From Alphaproteobacteria bacterium (GTDB taxonomy: Bacteria; Pseudomonadota; Alphaproteobacteria; GCA-2731375), in contig CBDDPY010000002.1 of assembly GCA_965232515.1 (NCBI GenBank), positions 2,555,528 through 2,619,527 of the forward strand: a stretch of 64,000 nucleotides of DNA, read 5' to 3'. The notes beneath the pieces are model-generated. The model ran no database searches, was not told where the DNA came from, and saw only the letters and a list, made by a program, of their open reading frames with translations. The position numbers were made by a program, and so were the translations under genes. Positions within the stretch are counted from its first letter, which is position 1; each line of letters starts with the position of its first letter. This document shows, in pieces, positions 43,506 to 55,187 of the stretch.

Positions 43506-43717
43506 GGTCGAAGATTACCCTTGTCTTGTATGCAACCCGCCCAACATCTACTAGATATTGTGGCAACCTGCAGCAATTAGCCCTAACAACGCAATATGGC
43601 AAGATTGAGGCGTGGCGCCGGTCCGGCACGGCCGGCCGAACGTAAAGCTTCCTTAATGCCGATGTCCGAAAATGCCAACCTTTTGCACATCCTGCGACGC
43701 CACCGGGAGGGCGTGAA

Positions 43718-44008
43718 GTGGGACGAGTCCAAGACGAAAAACCGCTCGTGCTGGACGCGGAGTCGCTGCCCGAGTGGATCGACATCGCGCGCCGCATCGA
43801 CGAGGTAATCGGCGAGATCTATCGCGTCAGCAACAACATGAATGTTGCGGCGCTGGATGCCGTGCTCGAGGTGGCGGAAACGTCAACGCGTCTACGGACC
43901 GCGGCCGCCGAAGCCAAGTCGCTGGCTGACCAGGTCGCCGGTGCCACTGCGGCGTTGACCGCGCAGTTCCGGCACGACACCTCAAACCAGTCCGGCGACG
44001 GCGCCTAG
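43718..44008 (+). CDS. hypothetical small protein (96 aa, GTG start); coding status uncertain
   Basis: High GC3 and helical, Ala-rich composition. An alternative overlapping frame at 43596-43808 has poorer codon bias. No recognisable domain. Confidence 0.3.
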   Translation: MGRVQDEKPLVLDAESLPEWIDIARRIDEVIGEIYRVSNNMNVAALDAVLEVAETSTRLRTAAAEAKSLADQVAGATAALTAQFRHDTSNQSGDGA

Positions 44009-44011
44009 CCG

Positions 44012-44824
44012 CTATCGCGGCCAGCAGGCGGAAAGCTGTCCGCCCTCGCGCAGCGACGCCACATAAGTGGCGCGACCGGTGCGGTCGTCGCTCTCGACAT
44101 AAACCCCGCAAATCGTCGTCTCGCCCAGCGCCGCCGTGAAGCGGCCGGTGGCGATCTTGCGGGTGAACCGCTGCAACGGCTCAACCTTGTCCATGCCGAT
44201 CACCGACGCATAGTCGCCGCACATGCCGACATCGCTGATATAGGCGGTGCCGCCCTCCATGACGTGCGCGTCGGCCGTCGGGACATGGGTATGCGTGCCG
44301 GCGACCAGCGAGACGCGGCCGTCGAGATAATGACCCATCGCCATCTTCTCGCTGGTGGCCTCGCCGTGAATATCGACCATCACGAACTGCGCGTCGCGGC
44401 CCAATTCGATGTCGGCGAGCGCCGCGTCGACACAGGCGAAAGGATCGTCGAGCGGATCCATGAACACCCGCCCCATGACCTGCACGACGATCGCCGTCCG
44501 ACCGCCCTTCACCTTGTAACGGCCGATGCCGCTGCCCGGCGCGCTGGCGGGAAAGTTCTGCGGCCGCAGCAGCCGCGGCTCGCGCTCGAAGACCGGCAGG
44601 ATCTCCTTTTGGTCCCAGACATGGTTGCCGGTAACGATGACGTCGGCGCCGGCCTCGAACAGTTGGTCGCAGATCTCCGACGTGATGCCGAAACCGCCGG
44701 CCGCGTTCTCGCCGTTGACGACGACGAAATCGAGCGCCAGCTTCTTGATCAGCTTCGGCAGGCGCTGACCGACCGTGTTGCGCGCCGTGCGCCCGACGAT
44801 GTCGCCGAGATAGAGCGTCTTCAT
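44012..44824 (-). CDS. TIGR00282/YmdB-like metallophosphoesterase
   Basis: MKTLYLGDIVGRTARN... GNHVWD and GTHTHVPTAD calcineurin-like phosphoesterase motifs. Confidence 0.85.
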   Translation of the reverse strand: MKTLYLGDIVGRTARNTVGQRLPKLIKKLALDFVVVNGENAAGGFGITSEICDQLFEAGADVIVTGNHVWDQKEILPVFEREPRLLRPQNFPASAPGSGIGRYKVKGGRTAIVVQVMGRVFMDPLDDPFACVDAALADIELGRDAQFVMVDIHGEATSEKMAMGHYLDGRVSLVAGTHTHVPTADAHVMEGGTAYISDVGMCGDYASVIGMDKVEPLQRFTRKIATGRFTAALGETTICGVYVESDDRTGRATYVASLREGGQLSACWPR

Positions 44825-45429
44825 GCGGCGCGCTCCGGAAAACGGACGGCGCCGGCCTCGCTGACCAGCCAGTCCAGCGGCTCGTCGCCGTCATCGTGCG
44901 GCAGGGCCTCGACGCGCTGGCCGGCGAAGGCAAGCCCGACCGCCGACACGCCCCAGTCCTGCGCGCGCAATGCCGCGAACGTGCGGTCGTAGTAGCCACC
45001 GCCATAGCCGAGGCGATAGCCGTCATCGTCGAAGGCCAGCAGCGGCGCGACGATGACATCGGGCCGCACCGCCGCGGCGTTATCCGGCGGCACCGACACG
45101 CCGAACGATCCGGTCTGCAATTCCGTGTCCGGCGTCCAGGCGCGAAACACCAGCGGTTCGGCCCGGCCGGTCACGACGGGCAAGGCGCAGAAATGGCCAT
45201 CGGCATGCAACGCCGACAGCAGCGGCCGGCAGTCGAACTCGTCCGGCAACGGCCAGTATCCCGCAACCGTCGTCCGTCCGCGCAGCGGCAGCGCCTCGCG
45301 GAAGTGCGCGACGGCCCGCCCGCCGGCCACGTCCGCGCCGGTGGCGGCCAACCGCCGCCTGCGCGCCCGCGTCTCTGACCGGAGCGCCTGCTTGCGCGCC
45401 TTGAGTTCGTCGCTAACCACTGGCTGCAT
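44821..45429 (-). CDS. ygfA: 5-formyltetrahydrofolate cyclo-ligase
   Basis: 202 aa. MTHFS family core (GYGGGYYDR). 4-nt overlap with the YmdB-like gene. Confidence 0.8.
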   Translation of the reverse strand: MQPVVSDELKARKQALRSETRARRRRLAATGADVAGGRAVAHFREALPLRGRTTVAGYWPLPDEFDCRPLLSALHADGHFCALPVVTGRAEPLVFRAWTPDTELQTGSFGVSVPPDNAAAVRPDVIVAPLLAFDDDGYRLGYGGGYYDRTFAALRAQDWGVSAVGLAFAGQRVEALPHDDGDEPLDWLVSEAGAVRFPERAA

Positions 45430-45439
45430 GTGTTTGGAA

Positions 45440-45612
45440 ACTGCCTTGCCGGGCCATGTGATGTCGAAAGCGGGACCGCAGCGACCGTGAGCGTTTCTCG
45501 CTCTCCTGTGGCCTACATAACGTAGGTGGGCGCCGTTGATACCGAGACCACGATCCCGGAAGGGACAGCTCCCGTCACAGTCGATATTGGCCCAGGGACC
45601 GTAACGCTTGCA
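45440..45612 (-). ncRNA. ssrS: probable 6S RNA
   Basis: A 213-nt stretch with no ORF lies between the zapA stop and the ygfA start. The zapA-ssrS-ygfA synteny is conserved. The minus-strand 5' segment CUGGGCCAAUAUCGACUGUGACGGGAGC is complementary, with internal loops, to the 3' segment GCGGUCCCGCUUUCGACAUCACAUGGCCCGG. Central hairpins are CCUACGUUAUGUAGG and GAGCGAGAAACGCUC. The ends are approximate. Confidence 0.55.
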
Positions 45613-45642
45613 CGCATCGTGCAGTGCCCGCCGGATGTCTAA

Positions 45643-45975
45643 TTAAGTCGTTTCCAGGCTGGCGGCAACGGTCTCGACCCGCGCGGCCAAATCCTCCATC
45701 GCTTCGGCCGCGCCGTTATCGCCCTCCGTTGCCCCGGCGCCGGCGCCGCCGGCCTTGAGGTCGTCGAGCTCATGATAAGCTTCTGCCAGCTCGTCGGCGA
45801 TCAACAGCGAGACCATCAGCAGCAGCCGCGCCTCGCCCACCTGGCCGACGGTTCCGGTCAGCTCGCCGACCCGTTCGTCCAAATAAGATGCCAGCTCGGT
45901 GACGTGCTCCTCGTCGCCGTCGTCGCAGGCAATCTGGTAGTCTCGTCCGTTGACGGTGACGGTGACCTGCGCCAC
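45643..45975 (-). CDS. zapA: cell division protein ZapA
   Basis: MAQVTVTVNGRDYQIACDDGDEEHVTELASYLDERV... is a canonical ZapA N-terminus. Confidence 0.8.
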   Translation of the reverse strand: MAQVTVTVNGRDYQIACDDGDEEHVTELASYLDERVGELTGTVGQVGEARLLLMVSLLIADELAEAYHELDDLKAGGAGAGATEGDNGAAEAMEDLAARVETVAASLETT

Positions 45976-45976
45976 G

Positions 45977-46249
45977 TCACGCGCCCCGCATCGTTTTCAG
46001 ATCGCCGATGGCATGATCCAGACGGTTCGACACCGTCGCCGTGACCTCGCGCAGCTTGCGGTAATCGGCGCGAATCGTATCCAGTTCGCGCATCAGCCGT
46101 TCGCGTTCGTCGCGCAGCGCCGCCAGCTCCGTCGACAGCCGCGCCGTTTCGTCGCTCGCCGGCTGCTGCGCCTGCATCTTGCCGACCGCGTTTTCCAGTC
46201 GACCGACCGCCGACTCCAAACGCACCTTCGCCGCCTCGATATTGGTCAT
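45977..46249 (-). CDS. DUF4164 family coiled-coil protein
   Basis: 90 aa. [25 protein letters not shown]... Lies immediately upstream of zapA, as is usual in Alphaproteobacteria. Confidence 0.6.
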   Translation of the reverse strand: MTNIEAAKVRLESAVGRLENAVGKMQAQQPASDETARLSTELAALRDERERLMRELDTIRADYRKLREVTATVSNRLDHAIGDLKTMRGA

Positions 46250-46550
46250 GAGGCAAATTCGCCTTTTTCCAGAAAGACTTACGCCGTCACAAACGCGGCA
46301 GCATAACCACCAGCGGGAAGTGCCGTCAACCAACCTGGCCTGCCCCGCCACCGGCCGTCCGGAGACGCCCATCGGGTGCTTGACGGATCGGATCGTGGTC
46401 GTCATGTTGGCCGCCGTCGACAGCCCGGAAAACCGGGCCGCTTCCGCACCGAAATCCCCGCCGGCGCACCATGCTGCAGACGCAACCTTCGAGCCGACAG
46501 CAAACTGCTTGCCGGACTTCCGATTCCGAACCCAGCCGGGACACATTGAG

Positions 46551-48557
46551 ATGACAGTCACCGACGCGAAAGTCGCGCCCGTTGCCGCCAGCCATAACGA
46601 CATGGCGAACGCGATCCGCGCCTTGTCCATGGACGCCGTCCAGGCCGCCAAGTCGGGCCACCCCGGCATGCCGATGGGCATGGCCGATGTCGCGACCGTG
46701 CTGTTTACCCGCTTCCTGAATTTCGATCCCGCCGCCCCCGACTGGCCGGACCGCGACCGCTTCGTCCTGTCGGCCGGGCATGGCTCGATGCTGCTCTACG
46801 CCCTGCTCTATCTGACGGGCTACGAGGACATTGACGAGGACCAGATCCGTCGCTTCCGTCAGTTGAGCAGCCGCACCGCTGGGCATCCGGAGTTCGGTCA
46901 CGCGGCCGGCATTGAAACCACGACAGGACCGCTGGGCCAGGGCCTGGGCAACGCCGTCGGCATGGCGCTCGCCGAACGCATCCTCGCCGCCCGTTTCGGC
47001 GACGCGTTGGTCGACCATTACACCTATGTCATCGCCGGCGACGGCGATCTGATGGAAGGCGTCAGCCACGAGGCGGCGTCGCTTGCCGGTCACCTGCGAC
47101 TGTCGAAGCTGATCGTGCTGTTCGACGACAATCAGATTTCCATCGACGGTCCGACCAGCCTGACCGTCAGCGACGATCAGCAGGCGCGCTTCGCCGCCTA
47201 TGGCTGGGACGTGAGCGCCGTCGACGGTCACGATCCCGAGGCCGTGGCCGCCGCCATCGAGGCGGCGCGCGCCAGCGATCGGCCGTCGCTGATCGCCTGC
47301 CGCACCGAGATCGGCTTCGGCGCGCCGACCAAGGGTGGCACCGCGGCGACACATGGCGCGCCGCTCGGCGACGAGGAGATCGCGGGCGCCCGCGCGAAGC
47401 TCGGCTGGTCGCATCCGCCGTTCGACCTGCCGGACGACGTTCGGTCCGCCTGGCGGCAGTCCGCGACACGCGGTGAAGATGCGCACGCATCCTGGCGGCA
47501 ACGCTTCGACGCGGCCGACGCCGATATCCGCGCGGCATTCGAGCGCGCCACCATCGGCGAGCTGCCGGCCGAACTCGACACGGCGATCGTTGCGCACAAG
47601 CGCGGCCTCAGCGAGTCTGCGCCGACCGTGGCGACGCGCGCGGCGTCGGGCGACGTGCTCGACGTGATCAATGCGGTCCTGCCGGAGACGATCGGCGGTT
47701 CGGCCGACCTGACCGGCTCGAACAATACCCGCAGCTCGCAGCACCGGCCGATCACGGCGGACGATTTCGGCGGCCGTTACATTCACTACGGCGTGCGCGA
47801 GCACGGCATGGCCGCGGCCATGAACGGCATGGCGCTGCATCGCGGCGTCATTCCCTATAGCGGCACGTTTCTGGTGTTCAGCGATTACTGCCGTCCGTCG
47901 ATCCGCCTGTCGGCGCTGATGCGCCAGCGCGTCGTCTACGTGATGACGCACGATTCCATCGGCCTCGGCGAAGACGGCCCGACCCATCAGCCGATCGAGC
48001 ATCTGGCAAGCCTGCGCGCCATGCCGAACCTGGCTGTGTTCAGGCCAGCCGACGCGGTCGAGACGGCCGAGTGCTGGCAGCTGGCCTTGGCCAGCCGCGA
48101 CCGGCCGTCGGTGCTGGCGCTGACCCGCCAGGGCCTGCCGACCGTTCGGACGGCGCACACGGACGAGAACCTCAGCGCGCGTGGCGCCTACGAGTTGCGG
48201 TCCGCGAACGGCGCGGCCGCCGTCACCCTGCTGGCGACGGGATCGGAAGTCTCGATCGCGCTCGCCGCCGCCGATCTGTTGGAGACCGACGGCACGCCGA
48301 CCCGTGTCGTCTCGATGCCTTGCTGCGAGCTGTTCGATGCCCAGCCGGACGACGTCCGCGCGGCCATCCTCGGTCCGGGCACGGTCCGCGTCGCCGTCGA
48401 GGCCGCGGTCGGCTACGGCTGGGAACGCTATATCGGCCCCGACGGCGGCTTCGTCGGGATGACCGGCTTCGGCGCCTCGGCCCCGGCCAAGGATCTCTAT
48501 CGTCATTTCAATATCACGGCCGAAGCGGTGGCTCATGCCGCCAAAGACCGGCTATAA
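46551..48557 (+). CDS. tkt: transketolase
   Basis: [37 protein letters not shown]-binding N-terminus. 668 aa from the chosen start. Confidence 0.92.
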   Translation: MTVTDAKVAPVAASHNDMANAIRALSMDAVQAAKSGHPGMPMGMADVATVLFTRFLNFDPAAPDWPDRDRFVLSAGHGSMLLYALLYLTGYEDIDEDQIRRFRQLSSRTAGHPEFGHAAGIETTTGPLGQGLGNAVGMALAERILAARFGDALVDHYTYVIAGDGDLMEGVSHEAASLAGHLRLSKLIVLFDDNQISIDGPTSLTVSDDQQARFAAYGWDVSAVDGHDPEAVAAAIEAARASDRPSLIACRTEIGFGAPTKGGTAATHGAPLGDEEIAGARAKLGWSHPPFDLPDDVRSAWRQSATRGEDAHASWRQRFDAADADIRAAFERATIGELPAELDTAIVAHKRGLSESAPTVATRAASGDVLDVINAVLPETIGGSADLTGSNNTRSSQHRPITADDFGGRYIHYGVREHGMAAAMNGMALHRGVIPYSGTFLVFSDYCRPSIRLSALMRQRVVYVMTHDSIGLGEDGPTHQPIEHLASLRAMPNLAVFRPADAVETAECWQLALASRDRPSVLALTRQGLPTVRTAHTDENLSARGAYELRSANGAAAVTLLATGSEVSIALAAADLLETDGTPTRVVSMPCCELFDAQPDDVRAAILGPGTVRVAVEAAVGYGWERYIGPDGGFVGMTGFGASAPAKDLYRHFNITAEAVAHAAKDRL

Positions 48558-48592
48558 ACCGCTAGCGTCAATACAACCCCCGGGAGGAATGC

Positions 48593-49600
<1,008 letters not shown>

Positions 49601-49612
49601 GGATCCACCACC

Positions 49613-50809
49613 ATGGCCAAGTTCGCGACACTCGACGATCTCGACGTCGCGGGTAAGCGTGTCCTGCTGCGGCTCGATCTAAACGTGCCCATGAAAGGCG
49701 GCGAGGTGACGGACGCGACGCGGATCGAGCGCGCCGTGCCGACCGTCACCGAACTTGCCGACAGGGGCGCGCGGGTCGTGATCATGTCGCATTTCGGCCG
49801 GCCGAAGGGAAAGGCAGTGCCGGAGATGTCGCTCGGTGCCGTCGTCGCGCCGCTCAGCGCCGCGCTCGGCCAGCGTCTGGTGTCCTTCGCCGTCGATTGC
49901 GTGGGCGAGAAGGCCGCGGCCGTGGTCGACGGTCTGGCCGACGGCGAGATCGCCGTGCTGGAAAATCTTCGGTTCCATCCTGGCGAGGAAGCGAACGACG
50001 AGACCTTCGCCGGCCAGTTGGCCGCGCTTGGCGATTTCTATGTTAACGACGCCTTCTCGGCCGCGCACCGGGCGCACGCCTCGACGGAAGGCATCGCCAG
50101 GCTGTTGCCGGCCGCCGCGGGGCGGGCCATGGAAGCCGAGCTCGACGCGCTCGAGCGCGCATTGGCGACGCCGGAACGGCCGGTGGCGGCGCTGGTTGGC
50201 GGCGCCAAGGTGTCGACCAAGCTCGCCGTCCTCAATCACCTGATCGACAAGGTCGATTGCCTGATCATCGGCGGCGGCATGGCGAATACGTTCCTGCACG
50301 CCGAAGGCGTCGAGGTCGGCCGCTCGCTGTGCGAGCATGACATGGCCGAGATGGCTCGCGAGATCGTCGACGCGGCCGAGCAGTCGGGCTGCGAGATCAT
50401 GCTGCCGCGAGACGTGGTGCTGGCGCACGAGTTGAAGCCGAACGCCGACACGTCGACGGTCGTCACCGAGCATGTGGCCGAGGATATGATGATCCTGGAT
50501 GTCGGGCCGCGCGCCGTCGCCGATCTGATCGAACGGCTGCGCGGCTGCCGGACGCTGATCTGGAACGGGCCGCTCGGCGCCTTCGAGACCGCCCCGTTCG
50601 ATCAGGGCACCAACGAAGTGGCGCGGGCCGCGGCCGAGCTGACCAAATCCGGCAGCCTGGTTTCGGTGGCCGGCGGCGGCGATACCGTGGCGGCGCTGAA
50701 CAATGCCGGCGTGACCCGGGACTTCAGCTATGTCTCGACCGCCGGCGGCGCGTTCCTGGAATGGCTGGAAGGCCGGCCGCTGCCAGGCGTGGTTGCGCTC
50801 TATCAATGA
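49613..50809 (+). CDS. pgk: phosphoglycerate kinase
   Basis: [13 protein letters not shown] is a canonical PGK N-terminus. 398 aa. Confidence 0.95.
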   Translation: MAKFATLDDLDVAGKRVLLRLDLNVPMKGGEVTDATRIERAVPTVTELADRGARVVIMSHFGRPKGKAVPEMSLGAVVAPLSAALGQRLVSFAVDCVGEKAAAVVDGLADGEIAVLENLRFHPGEEANDETFAGQLAALGDFYVNDAFSAAHRAHASTEGIARLLPAAAGRAMEAELDALERALATPERPVAALVGGAKVSTKLAVLNHLIDKVDCLIIGGGMANTFLHAEGVEVGRSLCEHDMAEMAREIVDAAEQSGCEIMLPRDVVLAHELKPNADTSTVVTEHVAEDMMILDVGPRAVADLIERLRGCRTLIWNGPLGAFETAPFDQGTNEVARAAAELTKSGSLVSVAGGGDTVAALNNAGVTRDFSYVSTAGGAFLEWLEGRPLPGVVALYQ

Positions 50810-50813
50810 CCGG

Positions 50814-51227
50814 ATGACTGGGGTCGCTGTAATCTTTCACAATGTGTCCCAGTTATCCGCCGCCCTTGCCGTCGCCGAACAGACCGGTAAGCCGATAATG
50901 CTGCTGACGCCACCCGGCGGGGCCAGCTATGCCGGGCCTGGTTTCTATCGACGCCTGCTGGACCAGGCTTCGTCGGCGTATCGGCACGCGCAATTCCACT
51001 GCTTGCTGGACTGCGGCACGGATGCCGCGCTGGCGTTGCAGGCCTTGCGAGACGGCTGGACTGAGATCGTGTTCTGCGGTCCGGCGGAAGTGCGCGAGAA
51101 GGTCGAAAGCGCTGCCGGAACGATGGAGGCCCGTGTTCACGCGGCGGCGCCGGCCGCCGTCGATCTGCTGGTCTCGGCCGATATCGACGCCGCCTGCCGT
51201 GCGGCGTTGACCGGGGACCAAGTGTGA
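50814..51227 (+). CDS. hypothetical protein (137 aa) between pgk and fba
   Basis: The ATG lies 5 nt after the pgk stop. High GC3. No recognisable motif. Confidence 0.45.
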   Translation: MTGVAVIFHNVSQLSAALAVAEQTGKPIMLLTPPGGASYAGPGFYRRLLDQASSAYRHAQFHCLLDCGTDAALALQALRDGWTEIVFCGPAEVREKVESAAGTMEARVHAAAPAAVDLLVSADIDAACRAALTGDQV

Positions 51228-51308
51228 TTGCCAACACTGCGATAGCTGCGGTATTCACGGCAGAAATCGCCGACCAAAACTGACAACGACAGACAAGGGG
51301 CCGTCGAT

Positions 51309-52238
51309 ATGAAGCTGACGCGGAAAGTCCGCCAGATCCTGGACAACTACGAGAGCGATACGCCGGGCACCAAGGCCAACCTGGCCCGCATCCTGATGCA
51401 CGGCAAGCTGGGGGGCACCGGCAAGATGGTGATCCTGCCGGTGGACCAGGGTTTCGAGCATGGCCCGCACCGCAGCTTCATCCCCAATCCGCCGGCCTTC
51501 GATCCGCAGTATCACTTCCAGCTCGCCGTCGACGCCGGCCTGAACGCCTTCGCGACGCCGCTCGGCATGGTGGAGGCTGGCGCCAGCACCTTCGCGGGGC
51601 AGATCCCGCTGATCCTGAAGGTGAACAGCGCCAATTCGCTCTATCCCGGCGAGGAGCCCAAGGACCAGGCGACCACGGCATCGGTCAAGGACGCGCTGCG
51701 GCTCGGCTGCTCGGCCATCGGCTTCACCATCTATCCCGGCAGCGAAGCCTCCTACGACATGATGGAGGAGATCCGGGAGATGGCCGAGGAGGCCAAATCC
51801 GTCGGCCTCGCCGTGGTCGTGTGGTCGTATCCGCGCGGCGGCGACGTCACCAAGGACGGCGAGACGGCCATGGACGTGGCCGCCTATGCCGCACACATGG
51901 CGGCGCTGCTGGGCGCGCATATCATCAAGGTGAAGCTGCCGAGCGACCATCTGATGCAAGGCGAGGCCAAGAAGGTCTACGACCTCTACGGTGTCGATTT
52001 GGCGACCCAGGCGGCGCGGGTGCGCCAGGTCATGCAGGCTGCCTTCGACAGCCGCCGCATCGTCGTCTTCTCCGGCGGCGCCAAGAAGGGCGAGGACCAG
52101 GTCTACGACGACGCCCGGGCGATCCGCGACGGAGGCGGCAACGGCTCGATCATCGGCCGCAACACCTTCCAGCGGCCGCGCGAGGAAGCCATCGCCATGC
52201 TGAACAAGATCATCCGGATCTATCAGGGCAAAGAGTAG
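51309..52238 (+). CDS. fbaB: class I fructose-bisphosphate aldolase (DhnA/FbaB archaeal-type)
   Basis: 309 aa. Schiff-base Lys context HIIKVKLP. Overall DhnA-family similarity. Confidence 0.85.
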   Translation: MKLTRKVRQILDNYESDTPGTKANLARILMHGKLGGTGKMVILPVDQGFEHGPHRSFIPNPPAFDPQYHFQLAVDAGLNAFATPLGMVEAGASTFAGQIPLILKVNSANSLYPGEEPKDQATTASVKDALRLGCSAIGFTIYPGSEASYDMMEEIREMAEEAKSVGLAVVVWSYPRGGDVTKDGETAMDVAAYAAHMAALLGAHIIKVKLPSDHLMQGEAKKVYDLYGVDLATQAARVRQVMQAAFDSRRIVVFSGGAKKGEDQVYDDARAIRDGGGNGSIIGRNTFQRPREEAIAMLNKIIRIYQGKE

Positions 52239-52242
52239 GCGC

Positions 52243-52896
52243 TTGGCCGAACCGCGGGACCGCTGCCGGCTCTATCCGATCACGCCGCCGGCCATCGATC
52301 CGGCCTCATTTGGCAACGATCTGGCGGCCGCGCTCGACGCCGGCGATGTCGCTTGCCTGCAGCTCAGGCTGAAGGATGTGGATGACGACACGGTGCGCCG
52401 GGCGACCGAGGTGCTGATGCCGGTCGCGCATGCGCGCGACGTCGCTTTTCTGATCAACGACCGGCCGGATCTCGCAGCCGAGATGGGGGCCGACGGCTGC
52501 CATGTCGGCCAGGAGGATACGGCCTACGCCGAGGCCCGGCGCCTGGTCGGCGACGACGCCATCGTCGGCGTGACCTGCCACAACTCCCGCCATCTGGCGA
52601 TGGAAGCGGGCGAAGCCGGCGCCGACTACGTGGCGTTCGGGGCCTTCTTCGCGACGGGCACCAAGCAGCCCAAAACCGTCGCGACCACCGAGATCCTCGA
52701 CTGGTGGTCCGAGCTGTTTGAGATCCCATGCGTCGCCATCGGCGGCATCACGGTCGAGAACTGCGCGCCTCTGGTCGCCGGCGGCGCCGACTTTCTGGCC
52801 GTCGTCGGCGGGATCTGGAACCATCCCGACGGCCCGGCCGCTGCGGTCAAAGCCTTCAATGCCGAGATTGCGCGCGCCGCCAAAGCTGGCGGCTAA
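52243..52896 (+). CDS. thiE: thiamine-phosphate synthase
   Basis: RLYPITPP..., [21 protein letters not shown] start immediately after the fba stop. Confidence 0.8.
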   Translation: MAEPRDRCRLYPITPPAIDPASFGNDLAAALDAGDVACLQLRLKDVDDDTVRRATEVLMPVAHARDVAFLINDRPDLAAEMGADGCHVGQEDTAYAEARRLVGDDAIVGVTCHNSRHLAMEAGEAGADYVAFGAFFATGTKQPKTVATTEILDWWSELFEIPCVAIGGITVENCAPLVAGGADFLAVVGGIWNHPDGPAAAVKAFNAEIARAAKAGG

Positions 52897-53096
52897 TCGA
52901 CGGGTTGTCGTAAGACCGACAGCGGCTGTCGGTTTACCTCGGGCGTCGTATAGCAGTCGACGTCGGCCAGCGTACGGTAGCAATAGCCGGTGACGGCTGC
53001 CTTGGCGCCGTCACCCTCACAGTCCGGGCAGACTGCGCAGCCAGCCAGCAGGACGGCGCCAAGCACCGCCGCCGCAACCGTCGTCAAAGACGGCAT
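52893..53096 (-). CDS. small Cys-rich lipoprotein (67 aa)
   Basis: Lipobox AVLLAGC. Mature part [34 protein letters not shown] has six Cys. Overlaps the thiE stop by 4 nt. Confidence 0.4.
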   Translation of the reverse strand: MPSLTTVAAAVLGAVLLAGCAVCPDCEGDGAKAAVTGYCYRTLADVDCYTTPEVNRQPLSVLRQPVD

Positions 53097-53116
53097 CAAG
53101 ATCGTCCTGATGCCGC

Positions 53117-53464
53117 TTATTTCGCCGCCGTGACCATGATCTCGACAACAAATTGCGGCGCCGCGAGCTTGCTCTCGACACAGGCCCGGCACGGTGGGTT
53201 CTCGGGATCGATCCAGGCGTCCCAGACCGAATTCATGTCGGCGAAGGTGCCGATATCCGAGAGCCAGATCTGCGCCGACAACAGCTTCGACTTATTACTG
53301 CCACATTCGGCCAGCAGGCTGTCGATCCGGTCGAGGATCTGCTGGGTCTGGCCCTTGACGTCGGCCGACGGGTCCGAGGCGACCTGACCGGCGAGAAATA
53401 CGAGATTGCCGTATTCGACAGCCTGGCTCATGCGTGGACCGACGTCATGGCGGGTGATGGTCAT
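53117..53464 (-). CDS. RidA/YjgF family reactive-intermediate deaminase
   Basis: 115 aa. NLVFLAGQVASDPS... KLLSAQIWL ... FVVEIMVTAAK is a typical RidA fold sequence. Confidence 0.8.
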   Translation of the reverse strand: MTITRHDVGPRMSQAVEYGNLVFLAGQVASDPSADVKGQTQQILDRIDSLLAECGSNKSKLLSAQIWLSDIGTFADMNSVWDAWIDPENPPCRACVESKLAAPQFVVEIMVTAAK

Positions 53465-53629
53465 GTCACGACTCCCTGAATTTTGGATGATGTCTTGGCC
53501 GGCATTATCCACGAATTCCCGGCCTTCGCCAGCCGCGCGATTTGCCACGGCTTCAGCGTTGCGCCGAGGCAGGCGAGTTGATAGCTTCCGCGGCGCGTTA
53601 ACGCGGCTCAATTCCAACGAGATCATGCC

Positions 53630-54196
53630 ATGCGAATCAACGGCAACGCCATCCGTCCGGGCAACGTCATCGAGCATAATGGCGAACTCTGGCGGGCCAT
53701 GAAGATCCAGCACACCCAGCCGGGCAAGGGCGGCGCCTATATGCAGGTCGAACTGCGGAATCTGCGCAACGGCAGCAAGCTGAATGAGCGGTTCCGCGCC
53801 TCTGAGAGCGTCGAGCGCGTGCGGCTCGACCAGAAGGAGCACCAGTTCCTGTTCGGCGACGGCGACAGTTTCACCTTCATGGATTCCGAGACCTACGAGC
53901 AGGTCGAGTTGAACAAGGATCTGCTGGGCGATCAGGCCGCTTATCTGCAGGACGGCATGACCGTGATCATCGAAAGCCATGAAGGCAGCCCGCTGGGACT
54001 TAGCCTGCCGGAGCATGCGACGTTCGCCGTCACCGAGACCGAGCCCGCCGTCAAGGGCCAGACGGCCGCCGCGTCCTACAAGCCGGCCATGCTGGAAAAC
54101 GGCCTCCGGACAACCGTGCCGCCCTTCGTCAACATTGGCGACCGCGTCGTTATCAGCACCGAGGACGGCAGTTACGTGAAGCGGGCCGACGCCTGA
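53630..54196 (+). CDS. efp: elongation factor P
   Basis: [45 protein letters not shown] is a canonical EF-P N-terminus. 188 aa. Confidence 0.95.
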   Translation: MRINGNAIRPGNVIEHNGELWRAMKIQHTQPGKGGAYMQVELRNLRNGSKLNERFRASESVERVRLDQKEHQFLFGDGDSFTFMDSETYEQVELNKDLLGDQAAYLQDGMTVIIESHEGSPLGLSLPEHATFAVTETEPAVKGQTAAASYKPAMLENGLRTTVPPFVNIGDRVVISTEDGSYVKRADA

Positions 54197-54220
54197 CGGC
54201 TGGAGAATTGGATTTCTGCA

Positions 54221-55054
54221 ATGGCCCTTAAGTCACCGCTGATCAACGTCATGACCGGCGCCGCGTTGAAAGCCGGACGGGCGCTGGTGCGTGATTTCGG
54301 CGAGGTCGAAAATCTTCAGGTCTCGCGCAAGGGACCGGCCGATTTTGTCTCTGTGGCCGACGTCAAGGCCGAAAACATCCTGCGGCGGGAGCTGTCCCGG
54401 GCCCGTCCCGGATTCGGGTTCCTGATGGAGGAATCGGGCGCCGTCGACGGTGACGATCCAAGTCATCGCTGGATCGTCGACCCGCTGGACGGCACCACCA
54501 ACTTCCTGCACGGCATTCCGCATTTTGCCGTTTCGGTCGGTCTCGAGCGGGATGGCGTGATCGTCGCCGGCGTGATCTATAACCCCATCAGCGACGAGAT
54601 CTATTGGGCCGAGAAGGGCCAGGGGGCGTTTCTGAATGACCGGCGGCTGCGCGTGTCGGCCCGCGAAAATCTGAGCGATGCGGTGCTTGCCACCGGTATT
54701 CCGCATCTCGGTCGCGGCGATCGCGCCGGTTTCCTCTCCGTATTGGACGAGGTGATGACGAAAGTGGCCGGCGTACGGCGATTCGGCTGCGCGTCGCTCG
54801 ACCTCGCCTACGTGGCGGCCGGACGCTGCGACGGGTTCTGGGAAGCGGACCTCGACGCCTGGGATGTCGCCGCCGGCGCGATCCTTGTTCGCGAGGCCGG
54901 CGGCTACGTTACGAATTATAAAGGTGGTGACGCGATTTTTGCTGACCGGGAAATAATCGCGGGAAATGACCGCATGCACGAGAGCCTGCGCAAGCTGCTG
55001 TCACAAAGACCGATCGACAATGAGGTCGCCGATGTTCACGCGGCTGGCACCTAG
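54221..55054 (+). CDS. suhB: inositol monophosphatase family protein
   Basis: DPLDGTTNFLHGIPHF and WDVAAG motifs. Confidence 0.88.
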   Translation: MALKSPLINVMTGAALKAGRALVRDFGEVENLQVSRKGPADFVSVADVKAENILRRELSRARPGFGFLMEESGAVDGDDPSHRWIVDPLDGTTNFLHGIPHFAVSVGLERDGVIVAGVIYNPISDEIYWAEKGQGAFLNDRRLRVSARENLSDAVLATGIPHLGRGDRAGFLSVLDEVMTKVAGVRRFGCASLDLAYVAAGRCDGFWEADLDAWDVAAGAILVREAGGYVTNYKGGDAIFADREIIAGNDRMHESLRKLLSQRPIDNEVADVHAAGT

Positions 55055-55187
55055 ATTACGCGCCGCCGGCGGCCGTCCAGCCGCGACGCGTTGCCCGATG
55101 TATCGCATTGAGATATCGTTTGCGCCGGATTCGAAGCGGTCGCTGAAGGCCGCCGAAGGCTCGGGGGAAGGTTCTCTGGGGTATCGC

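Noticed and set aside
43540-43600. sigma-54 promoter (TGGCA-N-TTGC) near repeated TGGCAA hexamers upstream of yebC
   Set aside because: The -12 element does not match TTGCA/T. The required GG-N10-GC spacing fails.
46326-48536. 736-aa minus-strand ORF
   Set aside because: Antisense to transketolase.
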